A stretch of DNA of 36,499 bases from an uncultured Citrobacter sp. (GTDB lineage: Bacteria > Bacteroidota > Bacteroidia > Chitinophagales > Chitinophagaceae). The first letter of the stretch is position 1. Every line of letters starts with the position of its first letter. The stretch spans positions 1 through 36,499 of the forward strand of contig CAZPPM010000017.1 in NCBI GenBank assembly GCA_964588445.1, read 5' to 3'. A model generated the notes under the pieces. It was not told the DNA's origin and did not search any database. It saw only the letters and a program-made list of their open reading frames with translations. A program made the translations under genes and the position numbers. This document shows, one piece after another, positions 27,164 through 35,205 of the stretch.

Positions 27164-27637
27164 ATGATTTGGAGAAAATTTAACGGAGATCCTATCCCAC
27201 TCCCCATCACACAAGCAGTAGAAAATGCCATCAAAAGAGAAACTGCTGCCGGCTTCCGCCTTAAAGTTTGTATAGGTACAGATTCGCAGGTAAAAGGGCT
27301 AGAAACTGAATTTGCCACCGTCATTGTTTTCTTACGAGAAGGACACGGCGGATTTATGTTTATTCATAACGATAAAACCCGGCACAGCTTTACCATTAAG
27401 GAGCGAATGCTGATGGAAGTGGCAAAAAGTATTGAAATTGCTTACGAGCTTTGCAATCTCTTTACCTTGTACCATGTTGATATGGAAGTACACGCCGATA
27501 TCAATACCAATCCCAATTTCAAAAGCAATGACGCTTTAAAAGAAGCGATGGGCTATATCTTGGGTATGGGCTTTGCTTTTAAAGCTAAACCTGAAGCTTT
27601 TGCCAGCAGCAGTTGCGCCAATAGAATAGTCAACTAG
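27164..27637 (+). CDS. YkuK-family (DUF458) RNase H-like fold protein
   Basis: 157 aa. CIGTDSQV, ATVIVFLREGHGG.MF, and the C-terminus MEVHADINTNPNFKSNDALKEAMGYILGMGFAFKAKPEAFASSSCANR line up with Bacillus YkuK as I remember it (IGTDSQV ... FVTAIVIHRQGKGA ... IHVDVGPNG ... KIKPDSYAASSIADR). Confidence 0.75.
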   Translation: MIWRKFNGDPIPLPITQAVENAIKRETAAGFRLKVCIGTDSQVKGLETEFATVIVFLREGHGGFMFIHNDKTRHSFTIKERMLMEVAKSIEIAYELCNLFTLYHVDMEVHADINTNPNFKSNDALKEAMGYILGMGFAFKAKPEAFASSSCANRIVN

Positions 27638-27694
27638 GGCTGATTTTTTGCAGCTTTTGCACCACGGGCTTAGGCACCCTATTAAATATCCCCT

Positions 27695-27892
27695 TTATAA
27701 AGTGGGTGTAAGAGAGACTTCTTCGCTCATGTTCTCTGTAGAAGAAGGGCGATTTACTTCCGAAAAATTATTCGTAGCATCTCTGAAACTTCTTTCAATA
27801 TTGGCAGAATCCTTTTGTGCTAGTGAAAATAGTAGAACAGTCAGCATAAAAAGAATCACTACAAAATTACGTTCGGACAAAAATCTTCTCAT
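27695..27892 (-). CDS. possible small secreted protein (weak call)
   Basis: ORF 27695..27922 (-) read from an internal Met gives MRRFLSERNFVVILFMLTVLLFSLAQ..., a positive n-region plus hydrophobic core typical of a signal peptide. It lies just downstream of engB on the same strand. The overlapping + strand ORF 27648..27908 has no such features. Confidence 0.2.
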   Translation of the reverse strand: MRRFLSERNFVVILFMLTVLLFSLAQKDSANIERSFRDATNNFSEVNRPSSTENMSEEVSLTPTL

Positions 27893-27937
27893 AGCATTAA
27901 GAAAATAAGGCAATAGGAGCAAATGTAAGTATTTTTA

Positions 27938-28579
27938 CTATTTTCCAGCAGGTAAATCAGGCGAACTTGCATTAAAACTTTTATTCATATCATCAATATA
28001 GCTTAGCACAAGCTCTCTGCCTTCCTTGTTTAGAGAAGACGTAACAAAGTAAGGCGGGGTTTCTTCCCAGTTTTCTTTTAATACGCCAATAAATGCTTCC
28101 AGATTACGCCGGGTTGCACCGGGCTTATTTTTATCTGCTTTAGTGAATATAATGGCAAATGGTATTTCCCATCCACCCAGCTTATTGATAAAATCAATAT
28201 CAATTTGTTGTGGTAAATGCCGGATATCTATTAAAACAAAAAGATGGGAAAGGTTTTCTCTTTTACGAATATAGTTTTCAATCATCTGCTCCCAGCGCCT
28301 GCGACTACTTTGTGATACTTTGGCATAGCCATAGCCAGGTAAGTCGACCACATACCATTTTTTATTGCTAGATGAAATGATCTCAAAATGATTAATCAAC
28401 TGGGTTTTTCCCGGAGCCGCAGATGTTTTCGCTAATGCTTTTTTATTCGTCAACATATTAATCAACGAAGATTTGCCTACATTACTACGGCCAATGAAAG
28501 CATACTCCGGCAATGTTGGTGGTGGGCATTGCTTATAATCAGCATTACTAATTAAGTATCGTGCGTCTTTTATTTCCAT
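27938..28579 (-). CDS. engB: ribosome biogenesis GTP-binding protein YsxC/EngB
   Basis: 213 aa. G1 GRSNVGKSS, G3 DLPGYG, G4 TKADK, in the characteristic EngB arrangement. Confidence 0.9.
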   Translation of the reverse strand: MEIKDARYLISNADYKQCPPPTLPEYAFIGRSNVGKSSLINMLTNKKALAKTSAAPGKTQLINHFEIISSSNKKWYVVDLPGYGYAKVSQSSRRRWEQMIENYIRKRENLSHLFVLIDIRHLPQQIDIDFINKLGGWEIPFAIIFTKADKNKPGATRRNLEAFIGVLKENWEETPPYFVTSSLNKEGRELVLSYIDDMNKSFNASSPDLPAGK

Positions 28580-28802
28580 GAATTATAAACATCAAATATA
28601 CCCCTTAATCAATCATATTTTCCGACTCCTGGTTTCTGCCGCTACTTTTTAGAAGCCACCTTACTGAAAATCTTATCCCTCTTCAAAAACTATAACACAC
28701 TTTCCAGTAAGGTACATGCCATTTCGACTGTGCTAGTCTGCCTTTCCCTTTTCATTTTATTATAACCTTTCGAATACAATTTGCCATTGCAATTATGGTT
28801 AA

Positions 28803-28820
28803 TTTGCTAATTTTAGCAAA
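28803..28820. promoter_or_regulatory. perfect palindrome TTTGCTAA-tt-TTAGCAAA abutting the ECF sigma factor start codon (candidate operator)
   Basis: An 8-bp perfect inverted repeat with a 2-nt spacer. It ends 1 nt before the GTG start at 28821. Confidence 0.35.
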
Positions 28821-29405
28821 GTGTCATTTATTAAAAATACCAGTTACTCTTCCCTGACAGATAACGAACTGATAGAGCAGTATAAGCGATCAGGGAATAT
28901 GGCTGTTATAGGTGAGCTGTATCAGCGATATATGGAGCTGATCTATGGTGTTTGTCTCAAATACTTCAAGGAACCAGAAACTGCCAAAGATGCCGTCATG
29001 CAAATTTTTGAAGAGCTGGTGGAAAAATTAAAAAAGCATGATATAGACAATTTTCGCGGATGGATACATCAAGTAGCTAAAAATCATTGTCTTATGCAGT
29101 TGCGTACTCCTCGAAACCTGAAAACGGTGGAAATGAAAGAAGAGTTTGTGCAAAACGAAGAAAGCCTGCATCTTAATGGCGTATTAGAAAAAGAAGAAAA
29201 TTTTAAAAGATTGGGAGAATGCTTGGAAACATTAACCCATGATCAACAAGCGGCCATCAGGTTATTCTATATAGACGGAAAGTGTTATAATGAGATTGTA
29301 AGTATAACAGGACAGGAGTGGAATCAGGTAAGAAGTTTTATACAAAATGGGAGGCGAAATTTGAAATTGTGCATGGAGAAAGAAATGGCAAAAATGGAAC
29401 GCTAA
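28821..29405 (+). CDS. RNA polymerase sigma-70 family sigma factor, ECF subfamily
   Basis: 194 aa with a GTG start. Region 2 (LTDNELIEQYKRSGNMAVIGELYQRYMELIYGVCLKYF...DAVMQIF, WIHQVAKNHCL) and region 4 (QQAAIRLFYIDGKCYNEIVSITG) are present. Confidence 0.85.
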   Translation: MSFIKNTSYSSLTDNELIEQYKRSGNMAVIGELYQRYMELIYGVCLKYFKEPETAKDAVMQIFEELVEKLKKHDIDNFRGWIHQVAKNHCLMQLRTPRNLKTVEMKEEFVQNEESLHLNGVLEKEENFKRLGECLETLTHDQQAAIRLFYIDGKCYNEIVSITGQEWNQVRSFIQNGRRNLKLCMEKEMAKMER

Positions 29406-29414
29406 CATATTACA

Positions 29415-30797
29415 TTGAGCGAGAAAAAAAACATAGCAACCTTTACCGGGGTAGATATTGAAAAATATCACAGGGGGCAGCTTTCTTCCAAAGAAATGCA
29501 TGCGCTGGAGAAAGCGGCACTGGAGGATCCTTTTCTCGCCGATGCATTGGAAGGCTATTCAGCAACGGGTGTAAATGCCGCTGATGATTTAGCCGATCTT
29601 AGCCATCGCATATCACAGCGCTTGGAAGAAAAAGAACAAGCTCCTATTGTTCCTATCGGAAAAAAAACAAACCTATGGTGGCGTATTGCTGCTATGTTTG
29701 TTTTGATTGCCGGAGCAGCGTGGATTGTTTACCTAACAGGAGGTACTGGCAACAAAAGCGAAATCGCACAGGTAACAAAACCTACTCACACAACAACCCC
29801 ATCTATAAAAGAAGAAGCAGCTTCCTCGCATAGGGATACTGCTATTTCAACGTTCAAGCAAGAAGATAAAAAGGGTAAGGCTGCTGACGAAAGAATAGCC
29901 TCTGAAATAACTACTCAACACACTACAACCAAAGAACATATTATTTCTTCAAAAAAGGACGATGCAAAATCTGTTCTACCTGGCAATCCTCCTACTGCCA
30001 CAGCTCCTGCAAGAAATGTGGCAGAAGAAGAAGTAATAGTCAAAAAACAAGTGCCTGAGTCCTCTACTTCTACGGCTGATATGACTTTATCAAAAAAAGA
30101 AGAAGTCGCAAAACTTGATAACAATTACCGACAGCAAAAAGCCGATGTCCAGCAGGAGGATCGTAGAGCATTTGCGCAAAATCGTTTGAGACAGCAATCT
30201 ACATCACAGGTCAATGTCTTTCGTGGACAGATAACGGATACAAAAAACAATGCTCTTCCTTTTGCGAGTATTACCAATCAAGGTGATAATGTAGGTACGT
30301 ATAGCGATGCTAATGGTTACTTCATTCTTACATCGCCCGATACCACTTTACAGGTACAAGTTCGCTCAGTTGGTTTTGAAAATAACGATCTGCAATTAAG
30401 AAATACTCTAGTAAACAACCAAGTTGTCTTAATGCCAGATCAAAATGTAAAGGAAATCCTCATCGGTAGATCACAAGCTAACAGCAGCCGTTCCCGATCT
30501 TCTACCATGGTGCTGGAAGAGCCGGAACCGGCAGATGGCTGGGTAAAATATGATACCTATCTCGCTAACAATCTAAATGTACCTGAGTCTTACCAACAAC
30601 GATCTGTACAAACAAATAATGAGGTAGAACTTTCCTTTGAGGTTGACAAACTCGGTAATCCGATTAATTTTAAAGTAGAAAAATCGCTATGCAATAGTTG
30701 CGATAAAGAGGCGATTCGTCTTATCAAAGAAGGCCCCAAATGGAAACCTAAAAAGAAAAAGAATAGCCGCACAAGAGTAGTTGTTCCCTTTGAATGA
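29415..30797 (+). CDS. anti-sigma-factor-like single-pass membrane protein with a carboxypeptidase-regulatory-like domain and a TonB C-terminal domain
   Basis: 460 aa. TTG start 9 nt after the sigma stop. Cytoplasmic N-domain DIEKYHRGQLSSKEMHALEKAALEDPFLADALEGY. TM WWRIAAMFVLIAGAAWIVYL. Long Thr/Lys/Glu-rich linker. CarbopepD_reg-like block VFRGQITDTKNNALPFASITNQGDNVGTYSDANGYFIL. TonB_C-like C-terminus (GWVKYDTYLANNLNVPESY...VELSFEVDKLGNPINFKVEKS...DKEAIRLIKEGPKWKP). Confidence 0.7.
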   Translation: MSEKKNIATFTGVDIEKYHRGQLSSKEMHALEKAALEDPFLADALEGYSATGVNAADDLADLSHRISQRLEEKEQAPIVPIGKKTNLWWRIAAMFVLIAGAAWIVYLTGGTGNKSEIAQVTKPTHTTTPSIKEEAASSHRDTAISTFKQEDKKGKAADERIASEITTQHTTTKEHIISSKKDDAKSVLPGNPPTATAPARNVAEEEVIVKKQVPESSTSTADMTLSKKEEVAKLDNNYRQQKADVQQEDRRAFAQNRLRQQSTSQVNVFRGQITDTKNNALPFASITNQGDNVGTYSDANGYFILTSPDTTLQVQVRSVGFENNDLQLRNTLVNNQVVLMPDQNVKEILIGRSQANSSRSRSSTMVLEEPEPADGWVKYDTYLANNLNVPESYQQRSVQTNNEVELSFEVDKLGNPINFKVEKSLCNSCDKEAIRLIKEGPKWKPKKKKNSRTRVVVPFE

Positions 30798-30866
30798 TTA
30801 CTTTAAAACATTTTGCCATAACATAATAGCGTTCCCTACCTTTGCCGCACACAAAATAATAGCTTT

Positions 30867-31700
30867 ATGAAAAAAATATTGCTCAGCGCTACTGCTGCCT
30901 GTTTCTTTTTACTATCCGAAGCACAATTAAAAACGCCTGTGCCCAGCCCAGCACAAACGGTAAAGCAAGAGTTTGCTCTTTCCTCCATTGAACTTTCTTA
31001 TGCCAGACCTGGACTAAAAGGAAGAAAGCTTTATAAAGACTTAGCCCCCGAAGGAAAAGTATGGCGTACGGGTGCAAATGGAGCTACTACATTAAATTTT
31101 GGAGAAGAAGTAACTATTGGTGGCGTAAAAGTTCCTGCAGGTAAATATGGTCTTCTTTCTATCCCTGGCAAAAAATCCTGGACACTTATTATTAGTAAGC
31201 AAACCAACGTAACCAGTCCGGCCGCTTACAAAGAAGATATGGATGTAGTAAGAGTAACGGCGCCTGTAAAATCAGTAAAACAAGCTACAGAAACTTTTAC
31301 GATACAATTTGCCAATGTAAAATCAGAAAGCTGCGAGATACAATTGCTTTGGGATAAAGCCGTAGTAACACTGCCCATCTCTACAAATATTGATGAAAAA
31401 ATAATGGCCGATATTGAAAAGGCGATGAAAACAGATAAACCTCCTTATTTTCAAGCAGCCAGTTATTACCTAGAAAATGGAAAGGATCTAAATAAAGCGC
31501 TTACCTGGTATGATAAAGCGGCGGAATTACAACCCGAAGCTTTTTGGGTACAGTATCAGCGTGCCAGCTGCCTCGCCAAGCTTGGTAAAACGGAAGAAGC
31601 TGCCACTGCTGCAAACCTTTCAAAAGATTTGGCAGAAAAAGCGAAAAATGATGATTATGTAAAGCTGAATGAAAAGCTGTTGAAAGAATTAAAAAAATAA
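30867..31700 (+). CDS. DUF2911-domain secreted protein with C-terminal TPR-like repeats
   Basis: 277 aa. Signal peptide. SPAQTVKQEFALSSIELSYARPGLKGRKLYKDLAPEGKVWRTGANGATTLNFGEEVTIGGVKVPAGKYGLLSIPGKKSWTLII matches the DUF2911 core (YSRP...GR.IFG.LVPYGKVWRTGAN.AT...). The C-terminal TPR-like helices are YYLENGKDLNKALTWYDKAAELQPE and FWVQYQRASCLAKLGKTEEA. Confidence 0.7.
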   Translation: MKKILLSATAACFFLLSEAQLKTPVPSPAQTVKQEFALSSIELSYARPGLKGRKLYKDLAPEGKVWRTGANGATTLNFGEEVTIGGVKVPAGKYGLLSIPGKKSWTLIISKQTNVTSPAAYKEDMDVVRVTAPVKSVKQATETFTIQFANVKSESCEIQLLWDKAVVTLPISTNIDEKIMADIEKAMKTDKPPYFQAASYYLENGKDLNKALTWYDKAAELQPEAFWVQYQRASCLAKLGKTEEAATAANLSKDLAEKAKNDDYVKLNEKLLKELKK

Positions 31701-31788
31701 TTCCCTCTTTTCTTATGCAATAAAGAAGAATAGAAAGGTAATTTGTAGAATTGGATAATTGTGTAAAGAAAAAAACCAGCACCGCAAA

Positions 31789-31831
31789 TAAAGAAGGGCT
31801 GTCTCCAACAACGAGACAGCCCTTCTTTATT
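31789..31831. terminator. bidirectional rho-independent terminator between convergent DUF2911 and M23/EnvC-like genes
   Basis: aaagaagggctgtctc-caacaac-gagacagcccttcttt is a perfect 16-bp stem. The A/T-rich flanks on both sides could serve both converging transcripts. Confidence 0.8.
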
Positions 31832-31849
31832 ATCTGCTAAATTCTTTAT

Positions 31850-33202
31850 TTATCGCAACCACTGCGAGGGATTTACGTTTTTCCCTTCTATCATCAGCAT
31901 AAAATCAACACGGCCGCCACTTCCAGTATCATCAGCACCAGCCTTACCTATTACTTGTCCGGTTTTTAACTTTGTACCCCTTGTCACACTTACACCTGCA
32001 AGGTTACTATAAGAAGTAATATATTTCCCGTGTTTTACTATTACGGCTACCCCATCTCCTATATTATGAACAGCCATTACTTCTCCATCAAACACTGCTT
32101 TTACAGATACTCCTGCAGTAGGCGTACCTATGGTTAATCCCGGGTTATCACCTACAATATTTTTAAACCCATCTACTTTGTAAGGACCAAAAGGAATCAT
32201 CACTACATATTTATCTACAGGCCAGGGTAGCTTTCCCCGACTGCCGGCAAAATCTGCACCCAACTTCATATCGGATGCATCCATTTCCAAATAGCTTACT
32301 ACTTTTTTAGGAGCTTCCGGCGCAACGGCAACCTCTGTTTTTGCAGGACTATTTTCTACCTGCTTTGTATTGGTAGTAGCCGCTGTTTCTGTCTTTTTTC
32401 GTTCAGCCGCAAGACGATCGGCTTCTTTTTTCTCTGCCGCTACCCTATCAGCTTCTTTCTTTTTTGCAGCTTCTATCTCTCTTCTTACTATTGCCGTTAT
32501 TGCGTTTTGTACTTCCCTGTCTCTTTTCTTCTTTTGTGCCAATTGCTGTTGGATATCTTTTTCATTGGCTTTCAGTTTCAAGACAATAGCATTCTTCTCT
32601 TTTTTCTGTTGTGCCAGTTCTTCCCGCTGTTTAGTTTGTGATTGTAGCGCTTCACTTTTCTGATCTTTCCTATCCAACTGCTGCTGTTGACGCTTAGTTA
32701 TCAGCTCTTGGGTTTCATTAATTATCGTTACCTGCTTCTCTCTATAAGCACGGTAGCTTTTTAGGTAAGCCACTCTGCGTATCGCATCGTTAAAACTATT
32801 GGCAGAAAAAATAAAATTTACATAATCAAAGCTACTACGGTTCTTATACGCATATACGATAGTTTTAGCATATTCCGCTTTGAGAGTATCGAGTTGTCGC
32901 TTTAAGCGATATATTTCGAGATTACTGAGATAAATATCGTCGTCAATATAACGTAGCTCCTTATTGATATTACTAATAAAATTTTCCTGTAAGCTGATTT
33001 TCCGGTTTATCATGTTGAGCTGGCTAAGCGACTGCTTCGTTTCTCCTTTAGCCTGATCGTACATGGCCTGAATCTGCTTCATTTCATTCTGTATCTCTTT
33101 TTTTTCCTTCTCCAGATCGGCCTTTTCCTGAGCCATGGCCGGGGAACAGACCAACGACCCTATTCCAGACAATACTATAAAAAACAGCAGCTTTTTTTTC
33201 AT
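31850..33202 (-). CDS. EnvC-like coiled-coil protein with a degenerate LytM (M23) domain, probably a murein hydrolase activator rather than an active peptidase
   Basis: ORF 31850..33223 trimmed to MKKKLLFFIVLSGIGSLVCSPAMAQ (ATG at 33202). About 300 aa of coiled coil (Q/E/K/R-rich). The C-terminal LytM-like domain has the positions of the HxxxD and HxH zinc ligands replaced (GLTIGT... and ...GGRVDFMLM instead of ..H.G.D.. and ..HLHFE..). Confidence 0.7.
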   Translation of the reverse strand: MKKKLLFFIVLSGIGSLVCSPAMAQEKADLEKEKKEIQNEMKQIQAMYDQAKGETKQSLSQLNMINRKISLQENFISNINKELRYIDDDIYLSNLEIYRLKRQLDTLKAEYAKTIVYAYKNRSSFDYVNFIFSANSFNDAIRRVAYLKSYRAYREKQVTIINETQELITKRQQQQLDRKDQKSEALQSQTKQREELAQQKKEKNAIVLKLKANEKDIQQQLAQKKKRDREVQNAITAIVRREIEAAKKKEADRVAAEKKEADRLAAERKKTETAATTNTKQVENSPAKTEVAVAPEAPKKVVSYLEMDASDMKLGADFAGSRGKLPWPVDKYVVMIPFGPYKVDGFKNIVGDNPGLTIGTPTAGVSVKAVFDGEVMAVHNIGDGVAVIVKHGKYITSYSNLAGVSVTRGTKLKTGQVIGKAGADDTGSGGRVDFMLMIEGKNVNPSQWLR

Positions 33203-33270
33203 TGTAGTAATATTGGTTTGCAATAACAGGTAATTGGTTTAACGGATAGAAATAGGATAAATTTTGTACC

Positions 33271-34086
33271 CTAATTTTTTTTGTAATTCTTAGGTATAGA
33301 AAAAGGGAAACTTAACGTTTCATTAAACTCATACGATTTAAAATCGAGCTTAATATCCAATTTTGATTTTTCGGTAACCGAAATACGCCTGTCTGTTGAA
33401 AATAATACATTTTTCTTGTTCTCGTAACCGGTATAGTTCAGCAGGCAGGTTCGGCTGCGCTGGTTACTTACATCGTCTACTTTACTATTCTCAATTTTAT
33501 ATTTATCATTCAATGTAAGCAAATGCCTGAACCAGTCTCCTATGGCCAATAAAGATGTTTTATTACCTCCTTGCGAGTAGGAGACTATTTCATCGCTACT
33601 CAAAAAAACGGGGTTGCCTATTAATATCTGCTGTAGAGAGTGAAGATCGAGTGGAAGAGCCGTAATATCCTGTAAATAATTAACGCTACGGGCAATGTAT
33701 TCTTTGTCCTGTTTATTGATAATCTTGACCGAATCTTTTGTGATATATGCTCTTAAACCTTCAATACCCAAAATGGCGGTTACGGATATCCAGATAACGC
33801 TGTCTTTGTACATACGCAGATTCGCATTTACATTGTACTTCTTACCATCTGCGCCCTGATAGTCTACATTTATTTTTCCCGAGAAAGTTGTAAAATCAAT
33901 GAACCCGGCATTTAATTTATCTACTACTTCTTTAATAAAAACTAAGGAATCCTCTTTGCTAAGTAATGTATCTGCCACTACAACGGTAGTTGTATCTTTT
34001 TTAGAAATAGCTGTTTGTATTTGTCGTGTAGAACGACAAGACACTGCTAAAATACCTGTAACAAGTAAGAAAAATAAAATCCTCAT
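33271..34086 (-). CDS. lipoprotein, DUF4292-like (recalled synteny with dut and the M23/EnvC-like gene)
   Basis: 271 aa. Lipoprotein signal MRILFFLLVTGILAVSC. Its position between dut and an M23-family gene is a gene order I recall as conserved in Bacteroidota. The family assignment is from memory only. Confidence 0.45.
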   Translation of the reverse strand: MRILFFLLVTGILAVSCRSTRQIQTAISKKDTTTVVVADTLLSKEDSLVFIKEVVDKLNAGFIDFTTFSGKINVDYQGADGKKYNVNANLRMYKDSVIWISVTAILGIEGLRAYITKDSVKIINKQDKEYIARSVNYLQDITALPLDLHSLQQILIGNPVFLSSDEIVSYSQGGNKTSLLAIGDWFRHLLTLNDKYKIENSKVDDVSNQRSRTCLLNYTGYENKKNVLFSTDRRISVTEKSKLDIKLDFKSYEFNETLSFPFSIPKNYKKN

Positions 34087-34092
34087 TAGTTA

Positions 34093-34536
34093 TTATTGTT
34101 TACCCGTATGGCCAAATCCACCAGCACTTCTTGTTGTTTCTTCCAATTGATCGGCAAGAACCCAACTCACCTGCTCTACTCGCTGAATCACCATCTGTGC
34201 CACCCTGTCGCCGGGCTGTATGACCTGATCTTCCCCCGATAGATTAATGATGATAACTTTTATTTCACCTCGATAATCTGCATCAATGGTACCTGGTGTA
34301 TTGAGGCAGGTAAGTCCTTGCTTTATGGCCAAGCCGCTACGAGGTCGTATCTGCGCTTCATACCCTTGTGGTAATTCTATAAAAAGGCCCGTAGGTATCA
34401 GCGTTCTTTCTAATGTTTTCAATGTAAGCGGAGCGTCCAGATGAGCTCTTATATCCATACCCGCAGAGCCTACAGTAGCATAAGAAGGCAGCTCATTAGG
34501 CGATTGATTAATGATTTTTACTTGTAATGTAGCCAT
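34093..34536 (-). CDS. dut: dUTP diphosphatase
   Basis: 147 aa. Motif AGMDIRA, GLAIKQG...[20 protein letters not shown], and the C-terminal [10 protein letters not shown] motif V. Confidence 0.9.
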   Translation of the reverse strand: MATLQVKIINQSPNELPSYATVGSAGMDIRAHLDAPLTLKTLERTLIPTGLFIELPQGYEAQIRPRSGLAIKQGLTCLNTPGTIDADYRGEIKVIIINLSGEDQVIQPGDRVAQMVIQRVEQVSWVLADQLEETTRSAGGFGHTGKQ

Positions 34537-34590
34537 ATTTACAAATATAGTACTGCTATAGCATTAAGAATGCATATCATCCCACCTACA

Positions 34591-35073
34591 TCACCCTAGT
34601 TTTTGCAACAGTACTGTGGCATAAGCCACCAGCCCTTCTTCTCTACCTACAAATCCCATTTTTTCCGTTGTTGTTGCCTTAATAGAAACTGCGTCTAACG
34701 GCAATCCCGTTATAGAAGCGATAGCCTCCTGCATTTGCAAAACATAGGGTTTGATTTTTGGCGCTTGTAAACAAAGTGATGAATCGATATTCACTATACC
34801 ATACCCTTTTGCCGCTATAAGATCCACTGTTTTTTGCAATAGTATTTTACTATCAATGCCTTTATAAGTATCATCAGTATCAGGAAAATGAACTCCTATA
34901 TCTCCCAGTGCCAATGCACCTAATAGGGCATCACAAATAGCATGAAGTAACACATCGCCATCGCTATGCCCTACCGATCCCTTACTGTGCGGGATAAGTA
35001 CCCCTCCTATCCATAACTCGTATCCTTCCTGCAACTGATGAAAATCTACCCCTGAACCAATTCGATATGCCAT
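34591..35073 (-). CDS. ispF: 2-C-methyl-D-erythritol 2,4-cyclodiphosphate synthase
   Basis: 160 aa. RIGSGVDFH, the HSDGDVLLHAICDALLGALALGDIG (His/Asp zinc ligands) block, and the FPDTD motif. Confidence 0.9.
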   Translation of the reverse strand: MAYRIGSGVDFHQLQEGYELWIGGVLIPHSKGSVGHSDGDVLLHAICDALLGALALGDIGVHFPDTDDTYKGIDSKILLQKTVDLIAAKGYGIVNIDSSLCLQAPKIKPYVLQMQEAIASITGLPLDAVSIKATTTEKMGFVGREEGLVAYATVLLQKLG

Positions 35074-35152
35074 AATAATTCCTGATTAAATCCTTGAACA
35101 AACAAATATCCTAAAATACACAGAGCTATCCATAGGTATTTGCGCATGCTTA

Positions 35153-35183
35153 CAAAAAAGCCCCGCATTTGCGAGGCTTTTTT
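35153..35183 (-). terminator. rho-independent terminator after porV
   Basis: On the - strand, gccucgc-aaau-gcggggc (7-bp stem with one G-U pair) followed by UUUUUU, 23 nt after the porV stop. An A-tract on the other side makes it look bidirectional. Confidence 0.6.
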
Positions 35184-35205
35184 GTGTGTACTAAAAAAAC
35201 AAAAA

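Noticed and set aside
27648-27908. The + strand 86-aa ORF downstream of the YkuK-like gene.
   Set aside because: It has no signal peptide, motif or compositional support. It overlaps the slightly more plausible - strand small ORF, so at most one can be real.
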